From NCBI GenBank assembly GCA_016839945.1, contig JAEOTE010000065.1, positions 1 to 36,114 of the forward strand: a stretch of DNA of 36,114 nt, written 5' to 3'. Both the position numbers and the translations under genes were made by a program. Source of the stretch: Candidatus Heimdallarchaeota archaeon (lineage in GTDB: Archaea > Asgardarchaeota > Heimdallarchaeia > Heimdallarchaeales > Heimdallarchaeaceae). Of the stretch, positions 1-9,220 are shown piece by piece. The stretch's first letter is position 1. Each line of letters starts with the position of its first letter. A model generated the notes under the pieces. The model was given only the letters and a program-made list of their open reading frames with translations, was not told the DNA's origin and did no database searches.

Positions 1-37
1 TATGAGCATCAACTCCATAAATTTCTTTCTTAAGCAT
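1..37 (-). CDS. Partial CDS (N-terminus only, runs off window); possibly TatD/amidohydrolase-like metallo-hydrolase
   Basis: ATG at 37 on the minus strand reads MLKKEIYGVDAH; a beta-strand followed by DxH is typical of amidohydrolase-superfamily N-termini, but only 12 codons are visible. Confidence 0.4.
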   Translation of the reverse strand, partial: MLKKEIYGVDAH

Positions 38-181
38 ATATTTTATGTGAAAAGGTAATCCTAGAAATGTAAGAAATAATGGAACAAAAAAAGCGATTAA
101 GTAAATAACTATAGGTGGAATTACAATGGCCATTAAGCAAATCTTTGTAAACTATATTTGAAAGTTACTGTAAGCTACTTT

Positions 182-1027
182 TTATAAATCTTCAAGTTTC
201 TTTAGTGCTTTTAGCAATTCCGCTTTATCACCACTTACTGCTTCACCAAATAATTCTGCTGATTTTCCTTCTTCAGGAGCTGAAGGATCAATTTCTTCTT
301 TTGGAGCGATTGGTTGAACTTGTTGTGGAGTTGGAGGTTCTGCTTGTTTAGGTGGCATAGGTATTGTTCCTGAAACTTCCTTTGAAATTGGACTAACTTC
401 TCTCTCAACAGTTTCTGAAACTTGTGTAGCTGGTGTTGCTGCTGGAGGTGCTGTTGGAATTTCAGTTGGTGATGCAGTTGGAGCTACAGGAGGGGTTGGA
501 ATTTCAGTTTTAGCTTCTGGAAGTAGTTTTACATCTGGTTCAATAGGTACAGATTCTACTGGTTCTTCAACTGGAACTGGTTCTGGAGTAGGTTCTACAG
601 GCAATTTTAGTTCTGCTTCTGGTATTGGAGCTGGGGTTGGAGGGGCTTCTAATACTGTGGTTGGTTCTACTTTCATTTCCTTTTCTGCTATATCTTTTAT
701 TGCTTCAACATCTGTTGGAGCAGCAATAGCTTCTCCATGAACGCTTTTTGTTGCTTCAATTAAAAGAAGTCTCTCATTTAGACTATCAATTCTTTTTACT
801 AATTGATCTATTTTTGATGAAAATGCACTCATGTCAGGAGATGCAACACCTGTAACATCTCCTCCTGATGTCTGTGTTTCTAATCTTTCTAATCGTTCTT
901 TTAAGGTTACTACAACATTATCATAATCTTTGAATCGGTCTTGAACAGCTGCTACTATGCTTTCAACCATATTCCTAACCATATTTATGGAGTTAACTAA
1001 AGATTTGACTTCATCTTTCTTTGACAT
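182..1027 (-). CDS. Hypothetical protein: N-terminal coiled coil, Pro/Glu/Thr-rich disordered linker, C-terminal amphipathic helix
   Basis: 281-aa ORF; heptad-like segments at aa ~7-52 and ~68-92; Pro-rich aa ~120-252; ends DKAELLKALKKLEDL. Confidence 0.8.
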   Translation of the reverse strand: MSKKDEVKSLVNSINMVRNMVESIVAAVQDRFKDYDNVVVTLKERLERLETQTSGGDVTGVASPDMSAFSSKIDQLVKRIDSLNERLLLIEATKSVHGEAIAAPTDVEAIKDIAEKEMKVEPTTVLEAPPTPAPIPEAELKLPVEPTPEPVPVEEPVESVPIEPDVKLLPEAKTEIPTPPVAPTASPTEIPTAPPAATPATQVSETVEREVSPISKEVSGTIPMPPKQAEPPTPQQVQPIAPKEEIDPSAPEEGKSAELFGEAVSGDKAELLKALKKLEDL

Positions 1028-1164
1028 CTTAAATCTACATTCAACTATTATTTTTATGCATATAAAATAATTGCTAAAGGCTAGTAATGGTAAACAAAAG
1101 TTTTCTATCCTTATGAAGTAAAAGAAGAGAAAAAAAGAATTTTATTATGATGCTACTACTGATG

Positions 1165-3156
1165 TCAGAAATAAATTAAATCAATTTTTTCCGCAAAATC
1201 AAGAAAATCAAATATGCTTTTCCAATCGGGAATCTTCCAATTAACTAAGCTCATATATGATATTATGTCATATATTGTTTTTTCATTGTTGATTAGATTA
1301 AACAACTCAAGGATATTTCCACTATAGCTTTGCATTGACGCTTTAACAAAATTCTTCATCCTTCCAAGTTTCTCTTCAGAAAATTGTAGATCTTCTTCGA
1401 ATTTCTTATCCTCACTCATTAATTTGAAGATATCTTGTGTGTTGAGTGGCCCTCTCAACTTTCTTCTTGGTATCTTATCTAATATCTCCTTGGTTTTTTC
1501 ACTTAATTCCTGTTTTTCAATAGGTGGAAGTATCGATTCTAAAGTTTCTTTAGTTGACGTTACATCGTTTTCAAGTATTTTCAGTGTTTTGTTGTCTAAT
1601 TCTTGGAACGTATTAATTATTGAATCCAATATTTGATTCTCAAATTGAATAAAACATTTTATGGAATTGTGTATTAGCATGTTTTTTATTACTTTATTTT
1701 CTGTTTCTAATTTTTCTTGAATGTCTTTCTCTTTCTTAATCATCTGTATTAGTTTTCCTTTTCTTTTATGATATCCCATGATGTAATCATTAAGAATCTG
1801 TGTAGAATACTGATTTTCGTATGCTGCAGTAATAGTTGTCATTGTTGTTGTAACTCCCACTCTTTTCATTGTAGTTGGATCTACTTTCTCTATTGTGTCT
1901 AAATTGGTATGATGGAAGGTGTCAGGATGTCCAAACATCACTGAGGGGATTCTTACAGGATCATCATTAAACAAAATATGGTCAGATCCTCCTGAGAATG
2001 GATTTATCCTATAGTTCCAAGCAAATTGCCACCCTCCTTGTTCTATAGCTTGATTGTTATCCTTTACATTATCAATAACCATAGATATAATATCATTAAG
2101 GTACGAAGGTGTTGAAATACTGGATTGACTAAAAGTGAATGGGTGTCCAACAAGAGCAGGATGCTCGCCACACATATCTAAGTTGATACAGAATAAAGGT
2201 TTGAATGTTTCTTCTTTCATTCTTTCCATTATCCAAGGGATAGTACCATGAAATTCAGGAACCCAAAGGAATCTAATTGTACGCTCAGGTGGAAGTATCT
2301 TTTTCTTCTCAATGAGTATTTTTATGGTTCTATATACTTCAAATAAAAGAGCACTTCCAGATGCATTGTCATTAGCTGAAGGAGCTGGATGACATATATG
2401 AGCTATTAAGATAATCTCTTCAGAGGATTTCTTTGTACCTTGAATTTTAGTAGATAAGACATGCATTTTTCCTTCATAAATATCCGCATCTATTTTTCCA
2501 TGAACCATTACTTTTTTTCCATCTTTCATGAAATTGAGTAATTCTAGAGCTTGTTTTCTAGATATTGAAAAACCGAAAGTTGATTTCTTTAGATTCTCTG
2601 CATTGGGCCACAAACCTACATATTGAATCATTTGTAAATATCCTTGGGCTCTCTGTTCTGATGGATAAGCTATTATTCCTGCAACATTGAATTCCGCTAA
2701 TCTTTCAAAAATTTCACGTGGCTTTCCTGAGGTTAAAACTATTTTTCCATCAAGATTTTTTCCCTTAATATCTTCCAATTTCCCCTTTCCTATATGAATA
2801 ACTTCAGTTTCTATATCAACTGATTTTGAGTGTGTACAAATACTCTCCGGAACTTCAGAATATTGGCATAAAATTTTCTGTGAAGGTTCAAGTAAAATTA
2901 GTTCTCCGTCCTTAATATCCCAAGATAATGGGGCATTCCATTCATAGTACCTTTTAGTCCCATCAGCAATATATTCATGAATTTCTGAATCTTTATCCCC
3001 TATTTTTTTCAATTCTTCATTGATAACTTCAACAGATGTAAGAAACTCTTTGCTTGCTTGAATTCTATGATATTGAGATAAGATACCAGTTAAACGTTTT
3101 GCACGTTCTCCTGACAATTCTCTAACGATTTCTAAAAGAAGGTTTTCAGTGCTCAT
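1165..3156 (-). CDS. DUF4910-like M28 family aminopeptidase with PA domain and C-terminal wHTH-like region
   Basis: Motifs HRIQAS, AHICHPAPSANDNASG, WVPEFHG, INLDMCG, GGSDH, FHHTNLDT; PA-domain-like segment GKIVLT...AGII. Confidence 0.8.
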   Translation of the reverse strand: MSTENLLLEIVRELSGERAKRLTGILSQYHRIQASKEFLTSVEVINEELKKIGDKDSEIHEYIADGTKRYYEWNAPLSWDIKDGELILLEPSQKILCQYSEVPESICTHSKSVDIETEVIHIGKGKLEDIKGKNLDGKIVLTSGKPREIFERLAEFNVAGIIAYPSEQRAQGYLQMIQYVGLWPNAENLKKSTFGFSISRKQALELLNFMKDGKKVMVHGKIDADIYEGKMHVLSTKIQGTKKSSEEIILIAHICHPAPSANDNASGSALLFEVYRTIKILIEKKKILPPERTIRFLWVPEFHGTIPWIMERMKEETFKPLFCINLDMCGEHPALVGHPFTFSQSSISTPSYLNDIISMVIDNVKDNNQAIEQGGWQFAWNYRINPFSGGSDHILFNDDPVRIPSVMFGHPDTFHHTNLDTIEKVDPTTMKRVGVTTTMTTITAAYENQYSTQILNDYIMGYHKRKGKLIQMIKKEKDIQEKLETENKVIKNMLIHNSIKCFIQFENQILDSIINTFQELDNKTLKILENDVTSTKETLESILPPIEKQELSEKTKEILDKIPRRKLRGPLNTQDIFKLMSEDKKFEEDLQFSEEKLGRMKNFVKASMQSYSGNILELFNLINNEKTIYDIISYMSLVNWKIPDWKSIFDFLDFAEKIDLIYF

Positions 3157-3208
3157 AAAAGTAATATAAATTCAATCATTTTATCTTTTTTGCATACTAC
3201 TTTTTTGT

Positions 3209-4057
3209 TTATTTTTGGCATTTTGGACAGAAAAAGATTCTTCTTCCTTTATTCTTAATAGCTACTATCTCAGTTTCACATACCTGACATAGTTGATCTT
3301 GTTTCCCATAAACCTTGTGCCATTGTTGAGCAGAACCCTCCTCTCTAAATGGTGTTTGAAAAGGTTGAATGTTGAAAGAACTACCTTGACTCTCTAAAGC
3401 TCTATGTAGAGTGTCTGAAATTGCATGTCCTAGTTTTTTCCTTTCGTTGGGACTTAGGTTTTCAACTAATTTTGTAGGATTAATTTTAGCTTGAAAAAGA
3501 GCTTCTGATCGATAAATATTACCAATTCCAGCTACAAGCTTCTGATCTAACAAAATATCTCCTATCTCCCTGTTAATGTAATTTGATCTCTTTAGTTCTG
3601 TTAAGAAAGTATCAATAGGAAAAGGTAAAGCAAGACCATCTATACCTATTTTTCTAATCGGATCATGTCTTAGAATAGTTTCATATGATTCAAAAACTCT
3701 AAATTGACCAAAATTTCTGACATCATCAAAAACCACTTTTTGTTTCAATTCATGAAACTTAATTATAACTTTAGCATGAGATGGGTTTTCTTCATTTTCT
3801 TCCACGAAAATCCATTTGCCAGACATTCCTAAATGGTTTAATATAACTTTCTCGAAATTGAAAATCCACATCAAGAATTTTCCTTTTCTCTCAATAGTTT
3901 TGATTTTTTTGTCTTCAAAAATATCTAGTTCTTTTTGTTTAAAACGGTATTTTTTATATTTTTGAGATAAATTAGTAAATTGTATTTGTTTTATCTTTTT
4001 ATTAAAAATAGCCTGCAATGAAAGCCTTGTACATTCTACTTCGGGTCCTTCAGGCAT
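3209..4057 (-). CDS. mutM: Fpg/Nei family DNA glycosylase/AP lyase
   Basis: N-terminal catalytic PEGPEV, ERKGKFL, HLGMSG, DVRNFG, H2TH motif LLDQKLVAGIGNIYRSEALF, C-terminal zinc finger CQVC...CPKCQ. Confidence 0.92.
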   Translation of the reverse strand: MPEGPEVECTRLSLQAIFNKKIKQIQFTNLSQKYKKYRFKQKELDIFEDKKIKTIERKGKFLMWIFNFEKVILNHLGMSGKWIFVEENEENPSHAKVIIKFHELKQKVVFDDVRNFGQFRVFESYETILRHDPIRKIGIDGLALPFPIDTFLTELKRSNYINREIGDILLDQKLVAGIGNIYRSEALFQAKINPTKLVENLSPNERKKLGHAISDTLHRALESQGSSFNIQPFQTPFREEGSAQQWHKVYGKQDQLCQVCETEIVAIKNKGRRIFFCPKCQK

Positions 4058-4571
4058 ATTGTTTTACCAACTCCACTATCCCCTTTTTTACACTTTCTCT
4101 ATTCTCTTTTGTTAGGTTAAACACTAGTGTGTCTTCTCTATTTTTTATGTTTCTTGTGAATTCGTTATCCCGTAACATAATAGTTCCTAGGACCTTTTTT
4201 GTATCTAAACTTTTTAGCACGAATGTTTTGAAATTCGATGAAAAAAGCTCCATCTTGCCAATTTCATCGATTATGATGAAATCATGTTTTTGTTTTACTG
4301 ATTTTACAGTAAGTTCTTCAACTACTAAATCTACATTTTCTATATACACACCATAACTAGCAACTCTAAATTTGCTTTTATTATATTTCTTCGAAGCTAA
4401 TATCTTATTTAATCCTGAAAACGTTTCAATAGAAAACCCCTCCCTTATGTTATTTACACGTATTTCTTTTGTAACGAATCCCATAACCTCTTTTTTCATC
4501 CTTTTAACAATATCTAAAATCAATGTTGTTTTGCCCGTTCGTGGTAATCCTGTTATTAGTATGTTCTTCAT
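4050..4571 (-). CDS. Nucleoside-triphosphatase (NTPase_1/THEP1 family)
   Basis: Walker A ITGLPRTGKTT, GFVTKEIR...REGF, Walker B IIIDEIGKME; start placed at ATG 4571 (MKNILITG) rather than the ORF-track start; overlaps the fpg start by 8 nt. Confidence 0.9.
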   Translation of the reverse strand: MKNILITGLPRTGKTTLILDIVKRMKKEVMGFVTKEIRVNNIREGFSIETFSGLNKILASKKYNKSKFRVASYGVYIENVDLVVEELTVKSVKQKHDFIIIDEIGKMELFSSNFKTFVLKSLDTKKVLGTIMLRDNEFTRNIKNREDTLVFNLTKENRESVKKGIVELVKQYA

Positions 4572-4708
4572 AAACGTAACCTTGGTTGAATAATATACGG
4601 ATTTTCTATTATTTATGATTATTCTCAATCTTGAAAACTCTTATAAATCTGGCATATAACTTGTTCAAAAATTAAACGACATTACTTTGATGCTCGAGTG
4701 TGAATGAA

Positions 4709-5452
4709 ATGAGCAAAGATTTCAGAGGTGTAACAATAGATAGACGAATTGATTTACGTGGAAAGTCTATTGTTCGATATGAAAAACATGGGAGGCGTTT
4801 TGAGATGTTAGTTAACCCTGAACCTGCGTGGCTATATTTGCAGGGAGATGAAGTAGAAATAGATGATATTTTCGAAGTGTATGATGTTTATGAAAACATA
4901 TCAAGGGGTTCAAAAGCAACGAAAGATGATTTAGAAGCTGTTTTTGAAAATATGACTGACAGAGAAATAGCTGTAAGAATACTTGAAGAAGGTAAACTTC
5001 AATTAACAGCTGATCAAAGAAATGAAATATTAAAAGAAAAGAGGGAGGAAATCGTTGATTTTATTCACATTCATTGTATAAATCCAAGAGAAAATGCACC
5101 CATTCCCAAGGATAGAATTGAAAAAGCAATATTAGATCTGGGTGTAAACATATCATATAAAGAAGAAGCGAAAAATCAAGCTTTGGAAATAATCGATCTT
5201 CTTAAACCTATCATGCCTATAAGACTAGAATCTGTTAAACTTGCAGTTAAGATACCCCCAAGTTTTACTGGTCCTCTCCGAGGATACATTATATCATCTG
5301 GAAACGTAATGCAAGAAGAATGGTTAACTGATGGTAGTTTAGCTGTTTTAATCCAAATTCCATCGGGAACTCAAGCAGATTTCTTAGATCAATTGACATC
5401 TAGAACTAAAGGCAAAGCACAGGTTAAAGTATTAGAACGATTATCAGAATGA
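4709..5452 (+). CDS. sdo1: Ribosome maturation factor SBDS/Sdo1
   Basis: RYEKHGRRFEMLV, ILEEGKLQLTADQR, INPR...PIPKDRIEKA, EEWLTDGSL; first gene of the exosome operon; start could be GTG 4700 or ATG 4709. Confidence 0.95.
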   Translation: MSKDFRGVTIDRRIDLRGKSIVRYEKHGRRFEMLVNPEPAWLYLQGDEVEIDDIFEVYDVYENISRGSKATKDDLEAVFENMTDREIAVRILEEGKLQLTADQRNEILKEKREEIVDFIHIHCINPRENAPIPKDRIEKAILDLGVNISYKEEAKNQALEIIDLLKPIMPIRLESVKLAVKIPPSFTGPLRGYIISSGNVMQEEWLTDGSLAVLIQIPSGTQADFLDQLTSRTKGKAQVKVLERLSE

Positions 5453-5473
5453 AATATAAAACAGTGAAAATTT

Positions 5474-6181
5474 ATGTCTGAAATTAAAGTTGAAAATCAC
5501 GAAATAGTTATCCCTGGTGATTTATTGGCTGAAGGGGAATTTAGATGTGGTGATGGAGTAGTAAAAAGAGGAAATTCTTACTATTCGACACTAATCGGTC
5601 TTTTTCAAGATAAAGGTGATTTTATACAAGTCAAATCTTTAAAAGGAAAATATTTTCCTCGTCCAGGGGATTTAGCAATCGGAAAAATAATTGAAGTTGG
5701 ATTAACCAGCTGGATAGTAGACATAGGCTCCCCTTATTTTGCTATTTTAAGTGGAAATAATGCTACTGAGAAACGATTTGATCCCGTAAAAGATGATGCA
5801 CGTAAGATATTCGACATTGGAGATATTATTTTAACCAAAATAATCAGTTTTGATAGAACAAAGGATCCAACAATAATTACTAATGAAAGAGGTCTAGGAA
5901 AACTACGTGGTGGGAGAATCATTGAAATTGAAGCAGCTCACATTCCTCGAGTAATCGGTAAAAAAGGTACAATGATAAATATGGTGAAACGATTAACAAG
6001 AACACAAATAATTACTGGTCAAAATGGACGTATTTGGGTTCAAGGAAAGAAAATAGATGATGAGCTCAAAGCAATTGAATCAATTAAGAAAATAGAACTG
6101 GAAGCACATACTCAGGGATTGACAGATAGAATTAGGGCAATGTTATCAGACAATCAACAGACAACATTAGGTGATGAATAA
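5474..6181 (+). CDS. rrp4: Exosome complex RNA-binding subunit Rrp4
   Basis: VIPGDLL, YFPRPGDLAIGKI (S1 domain), KH motif PRVIGKKGTMI, GQNGRIW, EAHTQGLTDRI. Confidence 0.96.
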   Translation: MSEIKVENHEIVIPGDLLAEGEFRCGDGVVKRGNSYYSTLIGLFQDKGDFIQVKSLKGKYFPRPGDLAIGKIIEVGLTSWIVDIGSPYFAILSGNNATEKRFDPVKDDARKIFDIGDIILTKIISFDRTKDPTIITNERGLGKLRGGRIIEIEAAHIPRVIGKKGTMINMVKRLTRTQIITGQNGRIWVQGKKIDDELKAIESIKKIELEAHTQGLTDRIRAMLSDNQQTTLGDE

Positions 6182-7161
6182 TGGCTGGAGATGGAACTAC
6201 ACAATTAATAGATGAAAAAGGAAAACGATTAGATGGACGTAAACTCGATGAATTACGTCCCATAGAAATTAAAATTGGTGTCTTAAAAAACGCTGATGGT
6301 TCTGCAGAAATACGTATGGGAAAGAATATTATTTTGGCTGCAGTTTATGGACCAAGAGAATTACATCCAAAACATAGAGCTCTCCCAAATAGAGCTTTAA
6401 TCCAATGTTTTTATAGGATGTCAACATTTTCAGTAAATGATAGAAAAAGTCCTGCTCCCTCTAGAAGAGAGAAGGAAATATCAATGATTCTAAGTAATGC
6501 ACTTACATCAGTAATATTAACTGAAAAATACCCTCGAACCACAATTGATGTTTATTTACAAGTTTTACAAGCAGACGGTGGAACAAGATGTGCAGGTTTA
6601 ACTGCTGCATCAGTAGCACTTGCAGATGCTGGTATTCCAATGAAAGGTTTAATTTCTTCCGTTGCTGTTGGTTTAGCGAATGATAAAGTGGTTCTTGATC
6701 TTTTTGATATTGAAGATCAGAAAGGTTCTGGTGACCTACCTCTAGGGTATTCTCCAATATTAGATGAAGTATCATTAATCCAATTAGATGGTGTTTTTAC
6801 TCTAGAACAATTCGAGGAAGCTTTACATCTAGGAATTAAAGGTGCTAAGGAAATTTATGAAATCCAGAAACTAGCATTAAAAGAGAAATATTCTGCAATA
6901 AGAAACGAAGTAGCAGATGAAATAAAACCTTCCAAGAAAGAAGTGAAAGAAGTTCCTAAAGAAGAGGTTAAAGAAGCTCCCAAGAAAGAAGTGAAAGAAG
7001 TTCCTAAAGAAGAGGTTAAAGAAGCTCCCAAGAAAGAAGTGAAAGAACCTCCTAAAGAAGAGGTTAAAGAAGCTCCCAAGAAAGAAGTGAAAGAACCTCC
7101 TAAAGAAGAGGTTAAAGAAGCTCCCAAAGTGAAGGAGAAAGAAGAAAAGGAGGATGAATAA
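6181..7161 (+). CDS. rrp41: Exosome complex exonuclease Rrp41 with C-terminal Lys/Glu/Val/Pro repeat tail
   Basis: RLDGRKLDELRPI, NADGSA, AVYGPRE, RREKEIS, phosphate-binding QADGGTR; about 80-aa repetitive extension. Confidence 0.97.
   Translation: MAGDGTTQLIDEKGKRLDGRKLDELRPIEIKIGVLKNADGSAEIRMGKNIILAAVYGPRELHPKHRALPNRALIQCFYRMSTFSVNDRKSPAPSRREKEISMILSNALTSVILTEKYPRTTIDVYLQVLQADGGTRCAGLTAASVALADAGIPMKGLISSVAVGLANDKVVLDLFDIEDQKGSGDLPLGYSPILDEVSLIQLDGVFTLEQFEEALHLGIKGAKEIYEIQKLALKEKYSAIRNEVADEIKPSKKEVKEVPKEEVKEAPKKEVKEVPKEEVKEAPKKEVKEPPKEEVKEAPKKEVKEPPKEEVKEAPKVKEKEEKEDE
6932..7123 (+). repeat. Coding tandem repeat, 4 x 48 bp (each built from two related 24-bp halves)
   Basis: Unit ccaagaaagaagtgaaagaa(gtt/cct)cctaaagaagaggttaaagaagctc starting at 6932, 6980, 7028 and 7076; encodes KKEVKE(V/P)PKEEVKEAP. 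Confidence 0.97.
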
Positions 7162-7972
7162 AATGGCAGACAATTACGTAATAAGTGAAATTGAAAAGGA
7201 CTACATCCTTGCTCTGTTAGATCAGAAAAAGAGAACTGATGGTAGAGAATTTAATCAGCATAGAGAAATAAAAATCGAAACAGATTTAGTTCAAAAAGCA
7301 GAAGGTTCAGCTATCGTCAGTATTGGAAACTCTAAAATCATTGTTGGTATAAAAGCAACTCTTGGTTCTCCGTTTCCTGACACTCCTGATAGTGGTGTAA
7401 TTACTACAAGTGCTGAGCTTTCTCCTATGGCATCTCCGTTCTTTGAAAGTGGTCCTCCCTCTGAAGCTGCAATTGAATTAGCTAGAGTAACTGATAGGGC
7501 AATTCGAGAGTCTCATTGCATCGATTTATCCAAACTCTGTATTATCCCAAGAAAATCTGTCTGGATATTATTCATAGATTTCTATATTCTCAATCATGAT
7601 GGCAATTTATTTGACGCCGCAACATTGGGAGCCATGGCAGCCTTATCTAAAACAAAAATCCCCAAAGTTAAAATCTTAGAAGATGAAGAAGTTGAAATTC
7701 TTGAGGAAACTGAATCTCTTAAAATAAATCATTATCCTGTTTCAGTAACAACCTACAAAATTGGTAAAAACAATGTAGTTGATGCAAATCTGAAAGAAGA
7801 AAGAGTAAGTGATGCTAGAATAACTGTAGGATTTGATGAGGAAGATCACATAGTTTCATTACAGAAAGGCAATTATGGTGTATACAAACCTGATGAGGTT
7901 TTACAAATCATAAAAGAAAGTTTGAATGTATCGAAAAACTTAAGGAAAGAGCTTATGAAAGCGATTTCGTAG
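7154..7972 (+). CDS. rrp42: Exosome complex component Rrp42
   Basis: RTDGREFNQHREI, KAEGSA, PFPDTPDSG, ELSPMASPFFESGPP, ELARVTDRAIRES, HDGNLFDA; start may be ATG 7163. Confidence 0.96.
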   Translation: MNKMADNYVISEIEKDYILALLDQKKRTDGREFNQHREIKIETDLVQKAEGSAIVSIGNSKIIVGIKATLGSPFPDTPDSGVITTSAELSPMASPFFESGPPSEAAIELARVTDRAIRESHCIDLSKLCIIPRKSVWILFIDFYILNHDGNLFDAATLGAMAALSKTKIPKVKILEDEEVEILEETESLKINHYPVSVTTYKIGKNNVVDANLKEERVSDARITVGFDEEDHIVSLQKGNYGVYKPDEVLQIIKESLNVSKNLRKELMKAIS

Positions 7973-7987
7973 AAAAAGGTGTAAACA

Positions 7988-8269
7988 ATGGGAAAGACAA
8001 AAAAAGTTGGTTCCACAGGACGTTTCGGTGCTCGATATGGTAGCACAATTAGAAAAAGAGTAAGGCAAGTAGAACAAAAAAGTAAAGCTGTCTACAAATG
8101 TCCAGTTTGTAGTATGAAAACTTTAAAAAGGGCTGGACTTGGTATCTGGCAATGCACAAAATGTGGAGAAAAACTTGCTGGGGGAGCTTGGGAACCCAAT
8201 ACTAGTGCTGGTCGCAGTATTACTAGAAGGGTTACAAGAATTGCTGAAGGATTAAAAGAAGAAGCTTAA
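7988..8269 (+). CDS. rpl37ae: 50S ribosomal protein L37Ae (eL43)
   Basis: TKKVGSTGRFGARYG, zinc ribbon CPVC...GIWQCTKC, AGGAW; upstream SD-like AAGGTG. Confidence 0.97.
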   Translation: MGKTKKVGSTGRFGARYGSTIRKRVRQVEQKSKAVYKCPVCSMKTLKRAGLGIWQCTKCGEKLAGGAWEPNTSAGRSITRRVTRIAEGLKEEA

Positions 8270-8346
8270 CAGAATTCTTCATTTCTCTTTTTCTTAAAAT
8301 GTTCCCTATCCTTAAATTTTAATTATAGTACTGTTTTTTTGTTTTA

Positions 8347-8892
8347 ATGAATAAGATTGGTTTTACTACCTCCCGTTCACCTGCAAAGAAGACACGATCA
8401 TTTGTTTTTGATATTATTCAGGTGGTTCCCAAATCTTTCAGAGTTGTTAGGGGTTCTTTAAACATAGAAAACAGCTTGAACTCAATGAAAAATCAATCTT
8501 TTAGTACAGTAGTCATAATAAATTCAGTTAAGGGAAATCCAAATTTCATAAGAATATTTGATTTATCAGATAACATAAAAGAAATACCTTTTGCCATTAA
8601 ACTGAGGGGGTTGACTCTTTCGAGAGAATATCAGAACAAAAAAAGAAAAAACAAACCTATTTATTCATTTTTAATATCTTCATTAAATAATATAGATGAG
8701 GAATCCGTGATAAAAAAATTTCTTGGAATAACAAATAAGAAAATAGATGAAATTGAAGAAAAGGAATATGTAACTGCTTATGCTGATTATATTGATAAAG
8801 ACGAAGGTTTGATTTTCATTGAGTTTCTAGACAAACGAAATAGACAAGTAGGACCAAGAATGAAAATGAAAATAATAACTAGACAGGTATAA
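8347..8892 (+). CDS. Brix-domain (Imp4-like) ribosome biogenesis protein
   Basis: N-terminal TTSRSPAKKTRSF, RG, KGNP, LSRE, C-terminal VGPRM; conserved position in the exosome operon. Confidence 0.85.
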   Translation: MNKIGFTTSRSPAKKTRSFVFDIIQVVPKSFRVVRGSLNIENSLNSMKNQSFSTVVIINSVKGNPNFIRIFDLSDNIKEIPFAIKLRGLTLSREYQNKKRKNKPIYSFLISSLNNIDEESVIKKFLGITNKKIDEIEEKEYVTAYADYIDKDEGLIFIEFLDKRNRQVGPRMKMKIITRQV

Positions 8893-8923
8893 TTTTGCTA
8901 TACGTTTTGTATGAGGAGAAAAA

Positions 8924-9220
8924 ATGAAAAAGGAAATCATTAGTAAGATTGAAATGACAATTGAGTTATCATTCGATGATCAAAAAACAACTAAACTAGT
9001 TTTTGATGCACTTCTGTTAGAATCTGACTATAATCCAAATGAAAGAGCACAAGCTAATTTAGAGAATAAAGAAAAGAGTATTATTCTAACAATAAATGCT
9101 AGCGATACAGCTTCTGCCAGAGCTGCAATAAATTCATTCTTAAAATGGATAAATTTGTCAATAGAACTCATTTCATTAGCAGAAAATAAGAATATTGCAT
9201 TTGACACTAAAGTTATGTAA
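8924..9220 (+). CDS. pcc1: KEOPS complex subunit Pcc1
   Basis: LTINASDTASARAAINSFLKW matches the Pcc1 motif; operon context; SD-like GAGGAG upstream. Confidence 0.88.
   Translation: MKKEIISKIEMTIELSFDDQKTTKLVFDALLLESDYNPNERAQANLENKEKSIILTINASDTASARAAINSFLKWINLSIELISLAENKNIAFDTKVM

Noticed and set aside
6932-7123. Possible CRISPR array
   Set aside because: Units are head-to-tail with no unique spacers and lie in frame inside rrp41
6855-7173. Antisense ORFs with Ser/Phe-rich repeats
   Set aside because: Shadows of the rrp41 repeat on the opposite strand
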